From the NCBI GenBank assembly GCA_013239625.1, contig MU057344.1, positions 12,917,276-12,981,275 of the forward strand: a stretch of DNA of 64,000 nt, given 5' to 3'. Shown piece by piece: positions 39,781 to 52,874 of the stretch; the stretch's first letter is position 1, and the number at the start of each line of letters is the position of its first letter. The stretch is from Lama guanicoe. Taxonomy: Eukaryota. The translations under genes were made by a program, and so were the position numbers. The notes below the pieces were generated by a model, which saw only the letters and a program-made list of their open reading frames with translations, was not told where the DNA came from and made no database searches.

Positions 39781-40184
39781 CTTCTTCAGTTACTATCTCT
39801 GTTACCTCAGTTGCTCCCTTTTTATCTTTTTGGTTCTTCAATGACTATTTAACCAATTCTGTATGTTTAGATCTCTCAGTTATATTTAACTACTATATGT
39901 TCTGTTTTCCACAATCCAAACAATTAAACCTGCCCGTGATCACCACATGTGGGGGAAGTTAAATGTACAGAATTAGAACCTAAAGTGGATGGCTTGCTTT
40001 GATACACACCTCCCACATTCTCACCATTAGCACACTCTGGAGGTGCAAGGGACTCTGCTAAATAGTGGGAGGGACTCTGCTAGGGGAAATACTGCATGAG
40101 GGTGAGGACACAACGGGGCCACAAAGGCAGTCCCAGCCATGTGTCCTCTCTTCGACTGGCACACTGCCTGGGACCTTCACTTAC

Positions 40185-40334
40185 CTCTGAGAGAAAGTAA
40201 AACCACGAATGATCAAAGACAGGAGGTGGGATTCGAGAATTAGTGTCAGCGATCTTTTTGATTTGGTATGGCAGCCTCAGTACCATCTCTGTTAGAAGCT
40301 GTGTGTAGGCCTCAAACACATCAGCAGCGTGGCC
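40185..40334 (-). CDS. UBR4: UBR4 exon GHAADVFE...YFLSE
   Basis: cccag / GTAAGT, 150 nt. Confidence 0.95.
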
Positions 40335-41479
40335 CTGGGAGAAGAACACTTGTTTAAGAATCTGTGATTGACAGTTTTCTGTGACCACAATTAGGAAAAA
40401 GGCTGCTTTACTGTTCATAAGGTATATCCTTTGTTGGAGATGGTAAAAGGCGCCTTTCAAAGCTGGAACCATGACTGACTGACAGCTTAGTTTACAAACC
40501 CAGGAAGGCTCCAGGCTCCTGTGGGCAATTTCATACCAAGGTTACAGTGGATGCAGATCTCACTGGTCTTAAAAGTTCCAGCATTTCACTCTGGTTTTTG
40601 ACACTGGATTGATTTTACTCTGCTTACATAAAAATTAGTTAGAACAAGAACAAACTGAAAAAACAGTAGTAGGGAAGGACTTTCTATGAGAGATAGAGAT
40701 GCATTTCATCCCCCTAGAACCAAAGCTTTCCAAGACAGCAAATATTTATATATATGAGGGGGTCAGCATCACCAAGCTCAAGTCGAGATCCTGGGCCCAC
40801 ACAGAGAGGCAGGGGTACGGAGAGATGTGAAAACAAACAACAGCCATCCTGTAAGCTGTGTGGTCCCCAGGGAGAGTCGGCAAGAGTTTGGGGGCATATG
40901 TCTCATAATTCAATCACCAGTTACTTATCAGTTCTATGCAAGCAAGCACTGGGGTGCTAAGAGGAATAAAATAAGGTCTTGACTGGTAGTTTGGAGGGGA
41001 AGACTCCACCAGTGTGCACAGGGTACTCTGGGACCCAGGGAAAGGCTCTCTTGATCAGACTTGATGACAAGGAAATACGCATTGGGGAAGGATCTAATGC
41101 TTGAGCTGGGTGTTGAGGAAGGACTAGGAATTAACTAGATGGGGGAAGGAAGGGATGCAGAAGGAGAGGAGAGAATTTCAGAATTTCAGGACAGCATGCA
41201 CAAAGGCAACATTCACAGTGGGGGAAACGCACAGGTAAGCAGGGCTGCATGCAGGGGTGCTGTAGGTGATCAAGTAGAGTTAAGTAAATAGCCGAATCCG
41301 CAAAGAACTTTTTGGCCTAAAAGTCATAGAAAATCACCAAAAGTGCATAAAAAAAGAGAGAGAATGGGAATAGATTCACATTACATTTTCCTATTCGCAG
41401 CAGTTGAGTGTGCAACAAGACGCACAGCTAGTCCAGCCCATCGTGTTCTACTGTATGGGCTCAAATGGGACTGAAATGG

Positions 41480-41690
41480 CGATAATAACATTTACTGAGC
41501 AAGGGTACGTTCTAGGCACTGTGCATTACAAACATCATGTCATTTAATGCTCACAACTCTATAAAGCAGATACGATGTGTATCCTCACTTTCCAGGTGTA
41601 CAGACTGAAGCTTACTGAGGTTAGCTAGAACTTGCCCAAGCTTCAGGGCTGCTAAGGGGGAACACCTGTTCCCAGGACTTGTTTCCAGAC
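41480..41690 (-). mobile_element. MIR SINE
   Basis: aataacatttactgagc...tcatttaatgctcacaactc...actgaggttag...cttgcccaag. Confidence 0.75.
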
Positions 41691-41857
41691 TCACCTGACC
41701 AGAAAGACCATCTTTTAAACTAGCGTGTTTAAGGGCCTCTTGTGACAGCAAGGGTAGTGTGTGACTTAACTCGGCTCCTTCAGTGCTACTGAGAGTGAGG
41801 AGGACAGTGCTCTGGATGAGGGACAGAGCGGTCACTGTGCCCGGGGAAGGCCCTCAC

Positions 41858-42067
41858 CTTCACATACTGGCGGAGGAAGAACGGGCTCATGTCGGGTGGG
41901 GATGAAGTAGTATGTGGTTTTAGCAACTGGCTGGTCGCCATGGGCTCCTCCTCATTCTGTTGGCTCTTCCAGTACTCCAGCAGGGACTTGAGCACGTGCA
42001 GGCAGTAGTCCACAGCCCCAGAGCTCAGCAGGGCTGCCGCCGTGGCACTGGAGATGAGGGAAGACGA
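41858..42067 (-). CDS. UBR4: UBR4 exon SSSLISSA...RQYVK
   Basis: cccag / GTGAGG, 210 nt. Confidence 0.95.
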
Positions 42068-43012
42068 CTGGGGAAAAAACGGAGACGCTAAGAATGGCCT
42101 ACAAAACAGTGTGAAATCCAGCCGGGTGCTGGGGATAGGAAACACGCTCACAACAGCCTTAGAGTTAGCTGTCCTGAAGTGAGTCAGTCTCTTGAGTTAC
42201 AAGTTTCCCGGCTAGCTCAAAAATTTCTCCAACTCTTTTGAACAACAGCATGGTTAAGAGAAAACAAAGAAATGCCAGTTCTCAACTCTAATCTCCCTAC
42301 ACATATGGGCCAGAGGCCAAGAAGGCAAGGATTAGATAACCTTTCCACCTGGAGGGGACAGGTTTTCTTTTTCCTTGGGCAACTTGAAAAGTAGCCCATT
42401 TATTTCAAGAAGAGAGAAAACTTTCCACTAGAGGCACTTCTTAGCAACCCCACCCTCCTAGTAGGGGCTCTTCCCATAGAACCAGCCTCCAAAGGAGATG
42501 GGGTAAGTGATCACGTGAATAAAAAAGTAGGAGAAAAGCTACTGTAAATAAAACCATTAGAAGAGCCTTGCAAATCCCAGCAAACCCCACAGCGCATAAG
42601 CTCATTAAGATTGGATGCAGTTTCTACCATTTCTACCTTCTCTGCTTTGTGTTAATCTCCTTTCCACCACGCACACGCTGCTTTCTCTCTGCTTTATTAC
42701 CATACCTTATAGCAACGTACAGCAGGGGAATCCTCTTAGTCACTCTGCGCCTTGCAGAACAGTCTCCTGCTTTTCAATAATGGAATTTCCAAACCCTTTA
42801 ACCCCTCCATTGGCGGGATTGTTGGAAAAGATCAGAGCTTGGAAGGGATTCTGAAAAAGGTGGAGGCTCTGGCTCCTGAAGAGGTGACAGCTTAGAATCT
42901 TACTCCTCCCGAGCAACAATGGACTTACTCTAACAGCCTCTGCCCTTTGCCCTAGCACCAACCAGACAATTCTCTTTCCTTTCCCCACACCCACTAGCCC
43001 AAAGCAAAATAC

Positions 43013-43129
43013 CTCACATATGGAAGACTTGGACCCGGATTTGGTCCTGGACATGAAGACACTCAGGAGCCTCATCACTACCAGGTGGACCTCATTCAGC
43101 GCACTGCGCTCGTTCTTCTTGGAGACGTC
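43013..43129 (-). CDS. UBR4: UBR4 exon DVSKKNER...SSICE
   Basis: tgcag / GTATTT, 117 nt. Confidence 0.95.
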
Positions 43130-43594
43130 CTGCAGAAGGGGCAGAACCCAGAAGGCCACACTTACTTTAACCTTGAGGCATCCTCTCAACAAGATTCCCT
43201 TACGCTTATCAATCCTAAACGTTTCTCATGTGGAATCAGAGACAAAACAAGCTCCAATGGACCTGTGGTCTGTACCCCATGATCTAGAGCCCGATACACC
43301 TAGAAGGCCATACTAAGACACAAACAATTCATTGTTTTTAGCTTGTGGAGTTACAAAAAGTCAATGAGGGCAGGGACTTGATTTTGTTCCTCATTTACAG
43401 CCAAAAAGATCCAAAAGCATGACCAGGCCAAAGTATGCCCTAAAAAGGCTTTCTGGTGAATCGAAAGAACTGGAGCCCTCAGTGGCTGGTCCCCTCCTGA
43501 AGCTGGATGGAGTTCCTCTAAGAGAGGAATGAAAAAGTGAAGACTCATCTCAGCTAATCCCTGCTTCTCACATAGTATGATGCTCAAATTTCAC

Positions 43595-43702
43595 CTTTTT
43601 ATCCATGCCCAGTTCAGCAATTAGCTGGGAGAGCAGGTTGTCCAGGGCCCCCTTGTCTTTTTCATCTTCTCCATCCAGATCTGTAGTAAGCATCAGAATT
43701 AC
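43595..43702 (-). CDS. UBR4: UBR4 exon VILMLTTD...GMDKK
   Basis: tccag / GTGAAA, 108 nt. Confidence 0.95.
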
Positions 43703-44332
43703 CTGGAAGTCAACAGAGAGGTAAAACATGGAAGTCAATTCCCTAAAGAATAACAACTCTAAACACAAGGTGTTTCAGAAGAAATCCTAATTTTCCTGAC
43801 TTTCCTGTCAATCATAACTATAACCGATGAAAAGGTTCTAAGTCTTGAGGTACCCAAAGTTGAAGTGTCCAGAGTCAGAAGAGTCAAATTGCGGTATATG
43901 CCACCCTTGGCATCACAGAAAATGTTCTGCAAAACTAACTAACTAACTGACTAACAGTATATCCAACCAAAGTGGCTTAAGACATGGCAGTGTGCTGTGC
44001 TAAGAATTAAAGAACAATTTTGCCTAGGAATAGCTATCAGACCATGCCTTATCACTAATACTAGAGCTACTATATACTAAGAATCTCTGGAGCAGACTTT
44101 TGCTCCTGGCTCTGTCAATAACTGCTGGATAACTACAGACATTTTTAATTTTAATTCTCTGATCCTCAGCCTTCTCATCTCTAAAATGAAGGGCTATAAC
44201 TTGCAATTCAAAATTACATTGCATTATTTTATGACCTAATGCCAAACAATACCAAGCCTCTGGAGAGAACTGTGAGCATGCTTAAGGATGGTCCAACTAT
44301 GATGTGATAGACCCAAGTGAACTGAGGGATAC

Positions 44333-44429
44333 CTGCATGTATGGGATGGCCCGGACACCTCCAACATTTCGTAACTGGGGCAAGGTTTGCAGTAGTCTCT
44401 CCAACAGCATCAGACGAACCATGTGCAGC
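44333..44429 (-). CDS. UBR4: UBR4 exon (R)LHMVRLML...IPYMQ
   Basis: tttag / GTATCC, 97 nt. Confidence 0.95.
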
Positions 44430-45239
44430 CTAAAAGGTGAAGAAAAATACATGAAACATGAGCCAGCACACAAACACTAGCCAGCTGAATATAGTTCTTT
44501 CCTCCTGCCACCAGGGTAAACAAGGAGCCTACTGCTTAGGAAGAATCCTAGCATTAAAAAATGTTAAGAAATGTCTTCAGTATACCAGCAACAAAGAAGG
44601 AAAAATCTCCCTCTGTTAAAAGAGAACAAAACTATTCCAAAATACAACAGATGGTACTGAAACTTACTACAGGAAAGTCAAAATATCTCTCAAGCAATAG
44701 GGTCCTAGTGGTTCTCAGCATTAACACCAAACCATCAACAGTAAGCTTGATGACTTTTTCTGACACATGGTCCTATTCTGCCTCCACGCATTGTTTTCTG
44801 GACTTCTACCTAAACATTTTACATTATCCAGTTGCACAGTGGCCCAGATCTTTCTTTTTCTTGCTTCCCAAGCCCTTAGGAAGGCCAGTCACTGCTTTAC
44901 CTGCAAAATTCAACTTCAGTATCAATACTAGAACCATGAGTTCTCCCATATATGCAGCTGGCCACTACCTAGCCTTCTTCACCTGCAGATATACAGCTGG
45001 GTTCCCAAAGTAAGTGTGTGCTTCTGGATCTCTAGTGCATATGCTAATTTAAGAAGAAGAATATGAAAATTAATTAGGGTGTTGTCGACTTGGTTGGCAG
45101 TCTCACCTAACACAATCTTACACAGATTAACAGTACATATGCTGAATCAATTAATGGATTCACTCTCATAATTAATAAACTGTTTTTGCTTCATTTTACT
45201 TTACAGACTATTTATAAGAAACCACAATTTTTATATATA

Positions 45240-45680
45240 TATATATTTTTTTTAATTAATAGACTTTATTTTTTTAGAGCAGTTTCAAGTTCACAGCAGA
45301 ATTGAGTAGAAAATACAGAGAGTTTGCACAAAGCTCTCCCCACCCACACACATATACTCCCCTACCCTCAAAACATCCCTCATCAGTGTGGCATATTTGG
45401 TACTATCGATNNNNNNNNNNNNNNNNNNNNNNNNNNNNNNNNNNNNNNNNNNNNNNNNNNNNNNNNNNNNNNNNNNNNNNNNNNNNNNNNNNNNNNNNNN
45501 NNNNNNNNNNNNNNNNNNNNNNNNNNNNNNNNNNNNNNNNNNNNNNNNNNNNNNNNNNNNNNNNNNNNNNNNNNNNNNNNNNNNNNNNNNNNNNNNNNNN
45601 NNNNNNNNNNTGGAAATCATGATCTTTTTATTGTTTCTGTAGCTGTGCCTTTTCTAGAATGTCATTTGGCTGGGATTAAG
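45240..45680 (-). mobile_element. L1 (L1MA-like) 3' UTR, sense to UBR4, interrupted by 200 N
   Basis: ttttagagcagtttcaagttcacagcagaattgagtagaaaatacagagagtt; gccttttctagaatgtcat. Confidence 0.8.
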
Positions 45681-46419
45681 TTATACATATATTTTAAAGT
45701 GTAATTTTCATGTATTAAGTACCCTAGCAGGTATCCAGCATATTTTCAAAATAATAAATCTTGAATGAAAATAGTCTTGAATAATTAATGATAATCATTC
45801 TAAAAAGAACTCAAAGGAATGAGCTAAACAACCTTCAGAATACAGTAACATATAAAAGCCCACGCATGCATCTTTGAATAATTAGGACAGCTGTGTAGGG
45901 ACTACAAATGAATAAAAAATGCCCAAGAACAGAGGTGTACAAGTGATGAAGGATGAGATGACAGCAGCAGCTCAATACTTTTAGGATAAAACATAAGTTT
46001 TGAGATGGACTAAAATGCTCAGATTTGGAGAATGTATGTGTGACTATACACACAAAGCAAACAGTCAACAAAACGAGGAGTCTTGACTGGGATCAAGATC
46101 ATACCAGATTACTGACTTTTCAAACTTTTAAGATAGTAGTACTCTTGAAACTTAACAACAACAAAAAGCAACAACAACAAAAAAACAGTATACCAAAAAT
46201 TACAATTCCCTCCTCTTGTGGCTTAAAGTTAAAACCAATTCAATTATTATATTATTTAAAATAGTAAGTCACTTAACAATTATTTAATTACTGAAAAATA
46301 AAGCAAACTTACACAACTTTAGAGAATTCCACTACCAACATGACCACATTACCTAAATTGACCCTCCACCGAAAAACTGAAAATTCTGAAAAGATATTAA
46401 CATTATTTTAGAAGTAATG

Positions 46420-47830
46420 ATGAGTCTCAATAAATTTCAAAGGATTGAAATTCACATACTATGTTCCCCAACTACAGTAAATTACACTATAAATCAACAA
46501 CAGAAAAATAATTAGAAAATACTCAAATGTTTGGAAATTTAGCAACATATTTCTAAATATCCCATGAGCCAAAGACTAAATTACAACAGAATTTAGAAAA
46601 CATTTTGAACTGGATAGCAATGAAAATACAACATATCAAAATATGTGGGCTACAACCAAAGCAAAGTTTACAGAGAATTTTAGAGAAAAACACGTAACTT
46701 CAAATATGTATCTAAAAATAAATACTTAAAAATCAGTAATTTAAACTTCTATCTTATGAAGCTAAAAAAACCAAAACACATAAAATTAAGCTCCCAAAAA
46801 ATAAAGTACTAAAACAAAATAGCTGGTAAGGAGAGGAAGGAAATAATAAAGAGTGGAAGTGAAACAGAGAGCAGGCATACAACAGAGAAAATGCAAAGCC
46901 AAAGTTGTTTCTTTGCAAGTAATATTGATAACTCCTGGCCAGACTGATTATTAGGAAAAAAAAATTTAAGTTACCAATACTAGAAATGAAAAGAGGTGTA
47001 TCACTACAGATCCTAAAGACATTAAAAGTATGATAAAATACATTATAAACAACTTTATGCCAATAAAGTTGACAACTTAAATAAAATTATCAAATTCCTT
47101 GAAAATCACAACATACCAAAACTGACACACAAACAGAAATAATTCTGTCATTTAAAGAATAAATCTATAATTCAATAGCTTCTCTTAAAGAAAGTCTAGA
47201 CCCAGATGACTTCACTTTTTCAAGAATTCATAGACGAAAAAATACCAATCTTACCCAAACTCTTCTAGACATCAAAAATACATCCACAAACATGTCCTCG
47301 CTTACTCTGACGCCAGAATAACATGAATACTGATACATGATAAAGACATTTCAAAGAAGAAAAATTACAAGTCTAAATGAAGTATTAGCAAATCAAATCC
47401 AGTGATAAAAAGGGTAAGACATCATGATCAAGTGACCCCAGAATGTTGGTTTAATAATGGAAAACCAATTAATGTAATTTACAACCTTGAACAGAACAAA
47501 AGATAAAGACATATAAACAATAAAGTGTAACAAAAGCAACTAGAAAGCTTCAGAAACCAATTCTAGATTAACCATCTCCCAGCAAACCAGGAACAAAACT
47601 TAACTTGATAAAGAATATCTATAGAAAATCGTCTAGGTAACATACTTAATGGTAAAATACTGAACCTCTTCCCTCATATCTGAGAATGAGATAAGATTTC
47701 CACCATCACCACTCCTGTCCTAGCCAATGAAATAAGGCAAGAAAAGGCAATTAAAAGGCCTAAAGACTGGAGAGAAAAAAATTATATGTTACTATTTGCA
47801 CTAGACAAGACTGCTCATGCAGAACCTGTA
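46420..47830 (+). mobile_element. Old L1 ORF2 (EN/RT) fragments
   Basis: tctcaataaatttcaaaggattgaaat, acaacatatcaaaatatgtggg, atcactacagatcctaaagacattaaaag, aaacaactttatgccaataaa. Confidence 0.85.
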
Positions 47831-49206
47831 ATCAGAATTAATCTAATTATCAAACCCATAATTATAAGTAATCTAATTATCAAAATCTTTAATTAGAATT
47901 TGTGTGAATTTAGAAAGATTATTGAATACAGGGATCAAAATAAAAGCAATAATGAGCTCACTAGCAATTAAGAAATTATTAGAGAAATAATCAAGAAGTC
48001 ACTCAGAGAATGAGTCAAGATAGAAATCCAGAGGGGTAAGCAGAGCCCTGAGACTGATTTTTAAGGCATCTGAAAACTTGAGGCCATGATGCTCTGAAGG
48101 CAGCTGGAGCAACTGGTTGCTAGGACCTCACAAGACATCTGGAATAGGCAAAAACATCCAGAATCTGCCCCAAGTGGGGAGAGCCTTCTATGAGAGCCTC
48201 ATGAAAGAATCACAGAAGGCTACACCTTGAGTTTAGAAGTAAACAGAAGGATATCACTTCTTCCCATATTAGGAGCCTACAAGAAAAATCAGCTGGTTCA
48301 AATCTTGACACTGAGAGAAAAGAAGGAAAAAAAGAATTAGCTGCTGAAATATAGTTAGTTTATACATTTTTCCCCCTTTTGGTTTAATACTAAACCTATC
48401 CAAGCAAAACTACAAAAAACACAATGACAAAATAAAGATCTTAAAAGCAGTAGTAAAGACACTGTTTTCAAAGAAGCAATAGCTGCAACAGCAGGTGACA
48501 TCACATTGGCAGTAACAGTGGATACCATTCTCAGTTTGGGGAGGGAAAAAATGTCAACACAAAATTGTATGCCCATCAAAAATAAAATAAATCCACAAAA
48601 TGTAAGCGAACTAAAAACATTTCCACAGGGGACCTCCCCTGAAGGAAAATCTAACAGACATACTTAAAGAAGAAAGTGACCCTAGATGGAAGGTCTGAGA
48701 TGCCAAAGAAACGATGGGCATAAAAAGTAGTAAACATGTGAGCAAATCTAAATAAACAATGACCACATAAACTCCACAAAACAGCAATAGTATCCTGAAA
48801 GCTTTAAAAGGCTTTTTTTCATTAAGACACACAAATATAATCGTTCAAATTCATAAGAATGAACAAAGCCGTCTGAGGTACTCATGTTTTCAGGAAGAAG
48901 CTACAGCTCTTAGGTAACTTTAGTTTTGGATAAGTTAAATATGCATGTTAAAATGACTAGTGTAACTACTAAAAGATTGGAAACAGAGCGAACAACCTTC
49001 AAACTTGCAAAGCTGCGGGGAGGGGGGAGGTAAGGAATGAAAAAATATCAAATCAACCCAAAAGACGGCTACAAAGAAGATAATAACAAACACAGAAACA
49101 GGCAGAACAAATAAGAAGCACAGAAGAAACTGCAGGTATAAATTCAAATATATCAGTAGTTAACATTCACTGTAAATAAACTTAACTGTTTCAATTAAAA
49201 AGCAAA

Positions 49207-49355
49207 TGTAATAGCACAGGGAACTATGTTCAGTATCTTGTAATAACCTTTAATGACAAAGAATATGAAAACGAATACATGTACGTACATGCATGGCTGG
49301 GACATTGTGCTGTACATCAGAAACTGACCCATTGTAACTGATGGTACTTCAATAA
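49207..49355 (+). mobile_element. Short 3' end of a younger cetartiodactyl/camelid L1 nested in older L1 sequence
   Basis: atagcacagggaactatgttcagtatcttgtaataacctttaatg...gggacattgtgctgtacatcagaaactgac...gtaactga. Confidence 0.75.
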
Positions 49356-50426
49356 CAACAACAAAGCAAATGTAGACTGGGTTAAAAGTATTTTTGAAAG
49401 TAAATTTCAGAGAACCAGAAATCACAAAGATCACATTATCTGAGCACACTGAATTAATCTAGAAATCACATTAAGAGGGAAAAAAAAGATTAAGTAGGAA
49501 ATGCCTTTATAAGTTAAACCCTGAAAAACAAACCCCATCAAAATATCATCAGTTAACTGAGCCAGAGGTCATCTTCACCAGAGATACTGCACAAGCTTGA
49601 GCAGAAGCAGCAGGATACAAGGAACACAGGAGACACTCTTTGACGCCCTCTCAAAATGACTGATACCTGACTGCTTCAGTGAACTCTTTTTCTGATAGAA
49701 ATCATTCAGTTCAAAATAGTGATTTCTGTACTAATGTGATAACTGTGGGCCTCAATGAATTTAACAAACATTCTATCACAAGTATGTCCCTTGGGTTTTT
49801 TCTATTTCTCCAGTGACCTCTTGGTTAAGAATACATTCATCCCACCAATCCAGTACCAAATACCACCAAAATTTCTTAAGGGGGATGGATTAGGATTTTA
49901 TGAATTATTTTCCATCTGCCAAATGCCCCACCACTGATATTTCTAGACATAAACATGCATTTCCTGTCTTACTTTTCTATTACCTGATCAACATACTGAA
50001 CAAGGAGTTACTTCTAGTATTTAGTTAGTAACTATCACTGTTGAGCCTAGAATAGTGCCATTTATAAAGAGAATGCTACAAAATGAGTTTATGGGTGATG
50101 ATGAAACATCAGAAAGATGGGCGTAAGGAGGATACATGTTCTTATGACAATAACTTTACAGGTACTAAGGGATATAGAGAAGGGCCTTAATAGAAAAACC
50201 GCTTCCTATTCTCTCTACAATTGATCTGATGAAAGTCTAATTAGGACCAAGAAGACAGACCTAGAACACTTCCCAAGATTTTTAAACTGTTTCCTGAGTT
50301 TATTACCTTTGCATTTCAAAAGAAATATACTGTTATGACACACTCCACCTCCTCAACTGATCCACCATCCTATTCCTGAAACCTCCCGCAGGAAAGCCTC
50401 TTGACTGCAAATGGCCAGGTCCTGAC

Positions 50427-50601
50427 CTGTTGCTAGCGTGGACATCTCCTTCTCCTTCCCCTTCTCCTTCTCCCTCGGAGCCATCTCCTTCCTGATGTCC
50501 GGTGGTGGTGCTGATGGCACCAGTGCTTGAGCTGACACTTCCTGGTCCAGCCGGATGCCCCTCTGCTGTGGTATCACCATAAGCACTGCTCCGGCCAGAT
50601 A
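50427..50601 (-). CDS. UBR4: UBR4 exon (V)SGRSSAYG...HASN(R)
   Basis: tttag / GTCAGG, 175 nt. Confidence 0.95.
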
Positions 50602-51315
50602 CTAAAGAGAAATGGTTTAAAAAGTGCAAATCAACTCCCAAAGCATGGTCCAATCCAATGCATTCTGAAGACAGCAATAGTTAGATGATAACTGGTAGCT
50701 TTAGAAACTTTTCTTCTATGTGAAGCTCAAGAAGGACTGAATTCATGATACTGGCCCCACAGCACTAAATGACTCTCTGGGTAGTCATTCATCCTCTAGA
50801 ATATAAGATCCACCCACAAGAATAATCTTAATCTCAGCTGCTGATAAATTTCCATCTCATACTCCAGAGGAAACATATACTGACTTGGGAAATTAGAAAT
50901 TATCAGCTACTCTTTATCTCCTCTACAAAAAAACTTTTCATATCCAACTTTTAAGCAAAGACGGATTTATAAGACCAAACCCAAATGGTGCTGTCATCCT
51001 TCTTCATTCCACAGCCCCACCCCTCATCTGCTAACATATCTGGCCTGCTTCATTAACACATCAGATCATTAATAAAAGGACTGCCCCAAATCTCTTCCCC
51101 CAACAGAAGGAGCAAAAACCACAGGTTGACTCATTTAAAAGCCATACCAAAACTGTTTTAGATTAATCGTGATCTGGGATTGTGTATGTCATTTCTTTCT
51201 TTACTAGCAGATAATTAAACTTCCCTTGGCTGGAACCAATCCCAGGACCCAGACAGGGAGTCCTATTTTGTTCCCACCCTCCGCCCAAGGAGATCAGGAC
51301 CCCCAGCCACATTAC

Positions 51316-51453
51316 CACTGTGCTCGCCAGCCACTGAGTCCACTGCACTTCCCCCGCTCTCCGAGCCCACGCTACCACCGTGGTCAGCAGGAGAAGTCCG
51401 AAGGGTGGAGCCGTCAGTCGCTGCTGTGCTGCCCTCATCGTCCGAGGCTGGAG
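51316..51453 (-). CDS. UBR4: UBR4 exon (A)PASDDEGS...AGEHS
   Basis: cccag / GTAATG, 138 nt, phase 1-1. Confidence 0.95.
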
Positions 51454-52874
51454 CTGGGAGAGTAACGAGAGCTGTTACAGGTAAAAACCCCTCCTTGGGG
51501 CGAAAGCATCAAACCACATAGTGCAGGGGACACAATGCAGTTTATGTATCCTGTCGTCAAAGAAAAAAGGGAAAAATCTGCTTCGCTGGTTAATCACTAA
51601 CAGGAACAAACACTATACACAGTGCATTGCAAACAGTACTTAGACAGAAGTGAAAACCCAGTTCACTGGGCATTTCCTTCGCTGTTACATTACAGTGCAA
51701 GTAAAATAGTGCAGAGATTCAAGAAGAATCTGTGACATGGACGCTCAGCTTTCTAGCTAAAATGCTTCCCGGTCACCATAGTCTAGGTGTTACTGACACC
51801 TGCTGAGATCGGAAACTAGCCATTACCATTCAAAAGCATAAACTCTGAATTTTAATGAGATTTGTTTTGTAATCAATTTATGCTTATGCTAGGAAATCAC
51901 TTTGCATGAGCTCTTGAATCAACCCTGTTTGGTTTTTTTTAATCAGGTGGTCTAGAGGGGGAGCTCATTGGGAAATTTCACACTTCCNNNNNNNNNNNNN
52001 NNNNNNNNNNNNNNNNNNNNNNNNNNNNNNNNNNNNNNNNNNNNNNNNNNNNNNNNNNNNNNNNNNNNNNNNNNNNNNNNNNNNNNNNNNNNNNNNNNNN
52101 NNNNNNNNNNNNNNNNNNNNNNNNNNNNNNNNNNNNNNNNNNNAACTGGCACAGCACAAGGGCGACCTCCAAGCCTGAAATGACAGCAACTAAACAGACC
52201 TAAGAAAAGCAACAAGCCATGGCAGCAGGTGAGAGGGGACAGCCAATTTCTCCCTTTCTATCTACCCATGATAAAATGCCCAAAACAAGAAAGAAAGAAA
52301 AAAAAAGAAAAACAAATATAGGGGAAAAGCATCAGTCTGAAAACTCTAAATCAACCCTTAAATCACTCAGGGGTTGATTTTCCAGCAGACTGTTCAGGTG
52401 TTCTGCCCTCCTGTATTTGGACCAATGCTCTATTCAGGGGATAATTTTTTTTTTCTTATCAGATTAAGAAAGAGATGGAAAGTAAAGACAAAATGAGGTC
52501 TAAAGATTTCCTATGCATTTGAATTGTTCACAAAAACCCTACCTCCCAAGCTCAGATCCCTGACGGTTACCCACACTGACATGAAGCGTAACTCAGCTTC
52601 CGGCAGCTTCACTTTTATTTGCAGATGGAAGAAAGAAAAAAAGTTAAAAGGTGTGAGCTCTACTTCTTGTCTCCTTTTTAATACTGTCTGAAATGTTAGA
52701 ACTCTGGTGAAGAACCCTAGAAGCTGTGATTTAAGACCTGAAGCTGATCAACCTGCAAGCCGCTCTCTCGGCCTTTCCTTGGGGAATCAGCTGAAGCCAG
52801 GCAGCATGCAAAGTGTAGGGAAGCGGAGCCATGAGCGCCTTTGCCAAGCTGCTTCGCTATGCCTTCCACACCCG

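Noticed and set aside
43934-43956. (ACTA)n repeat resembling QKI/branch-point motifs
   Set aside because: On the strand opposite to the UBR4 transcript; simple repeat.
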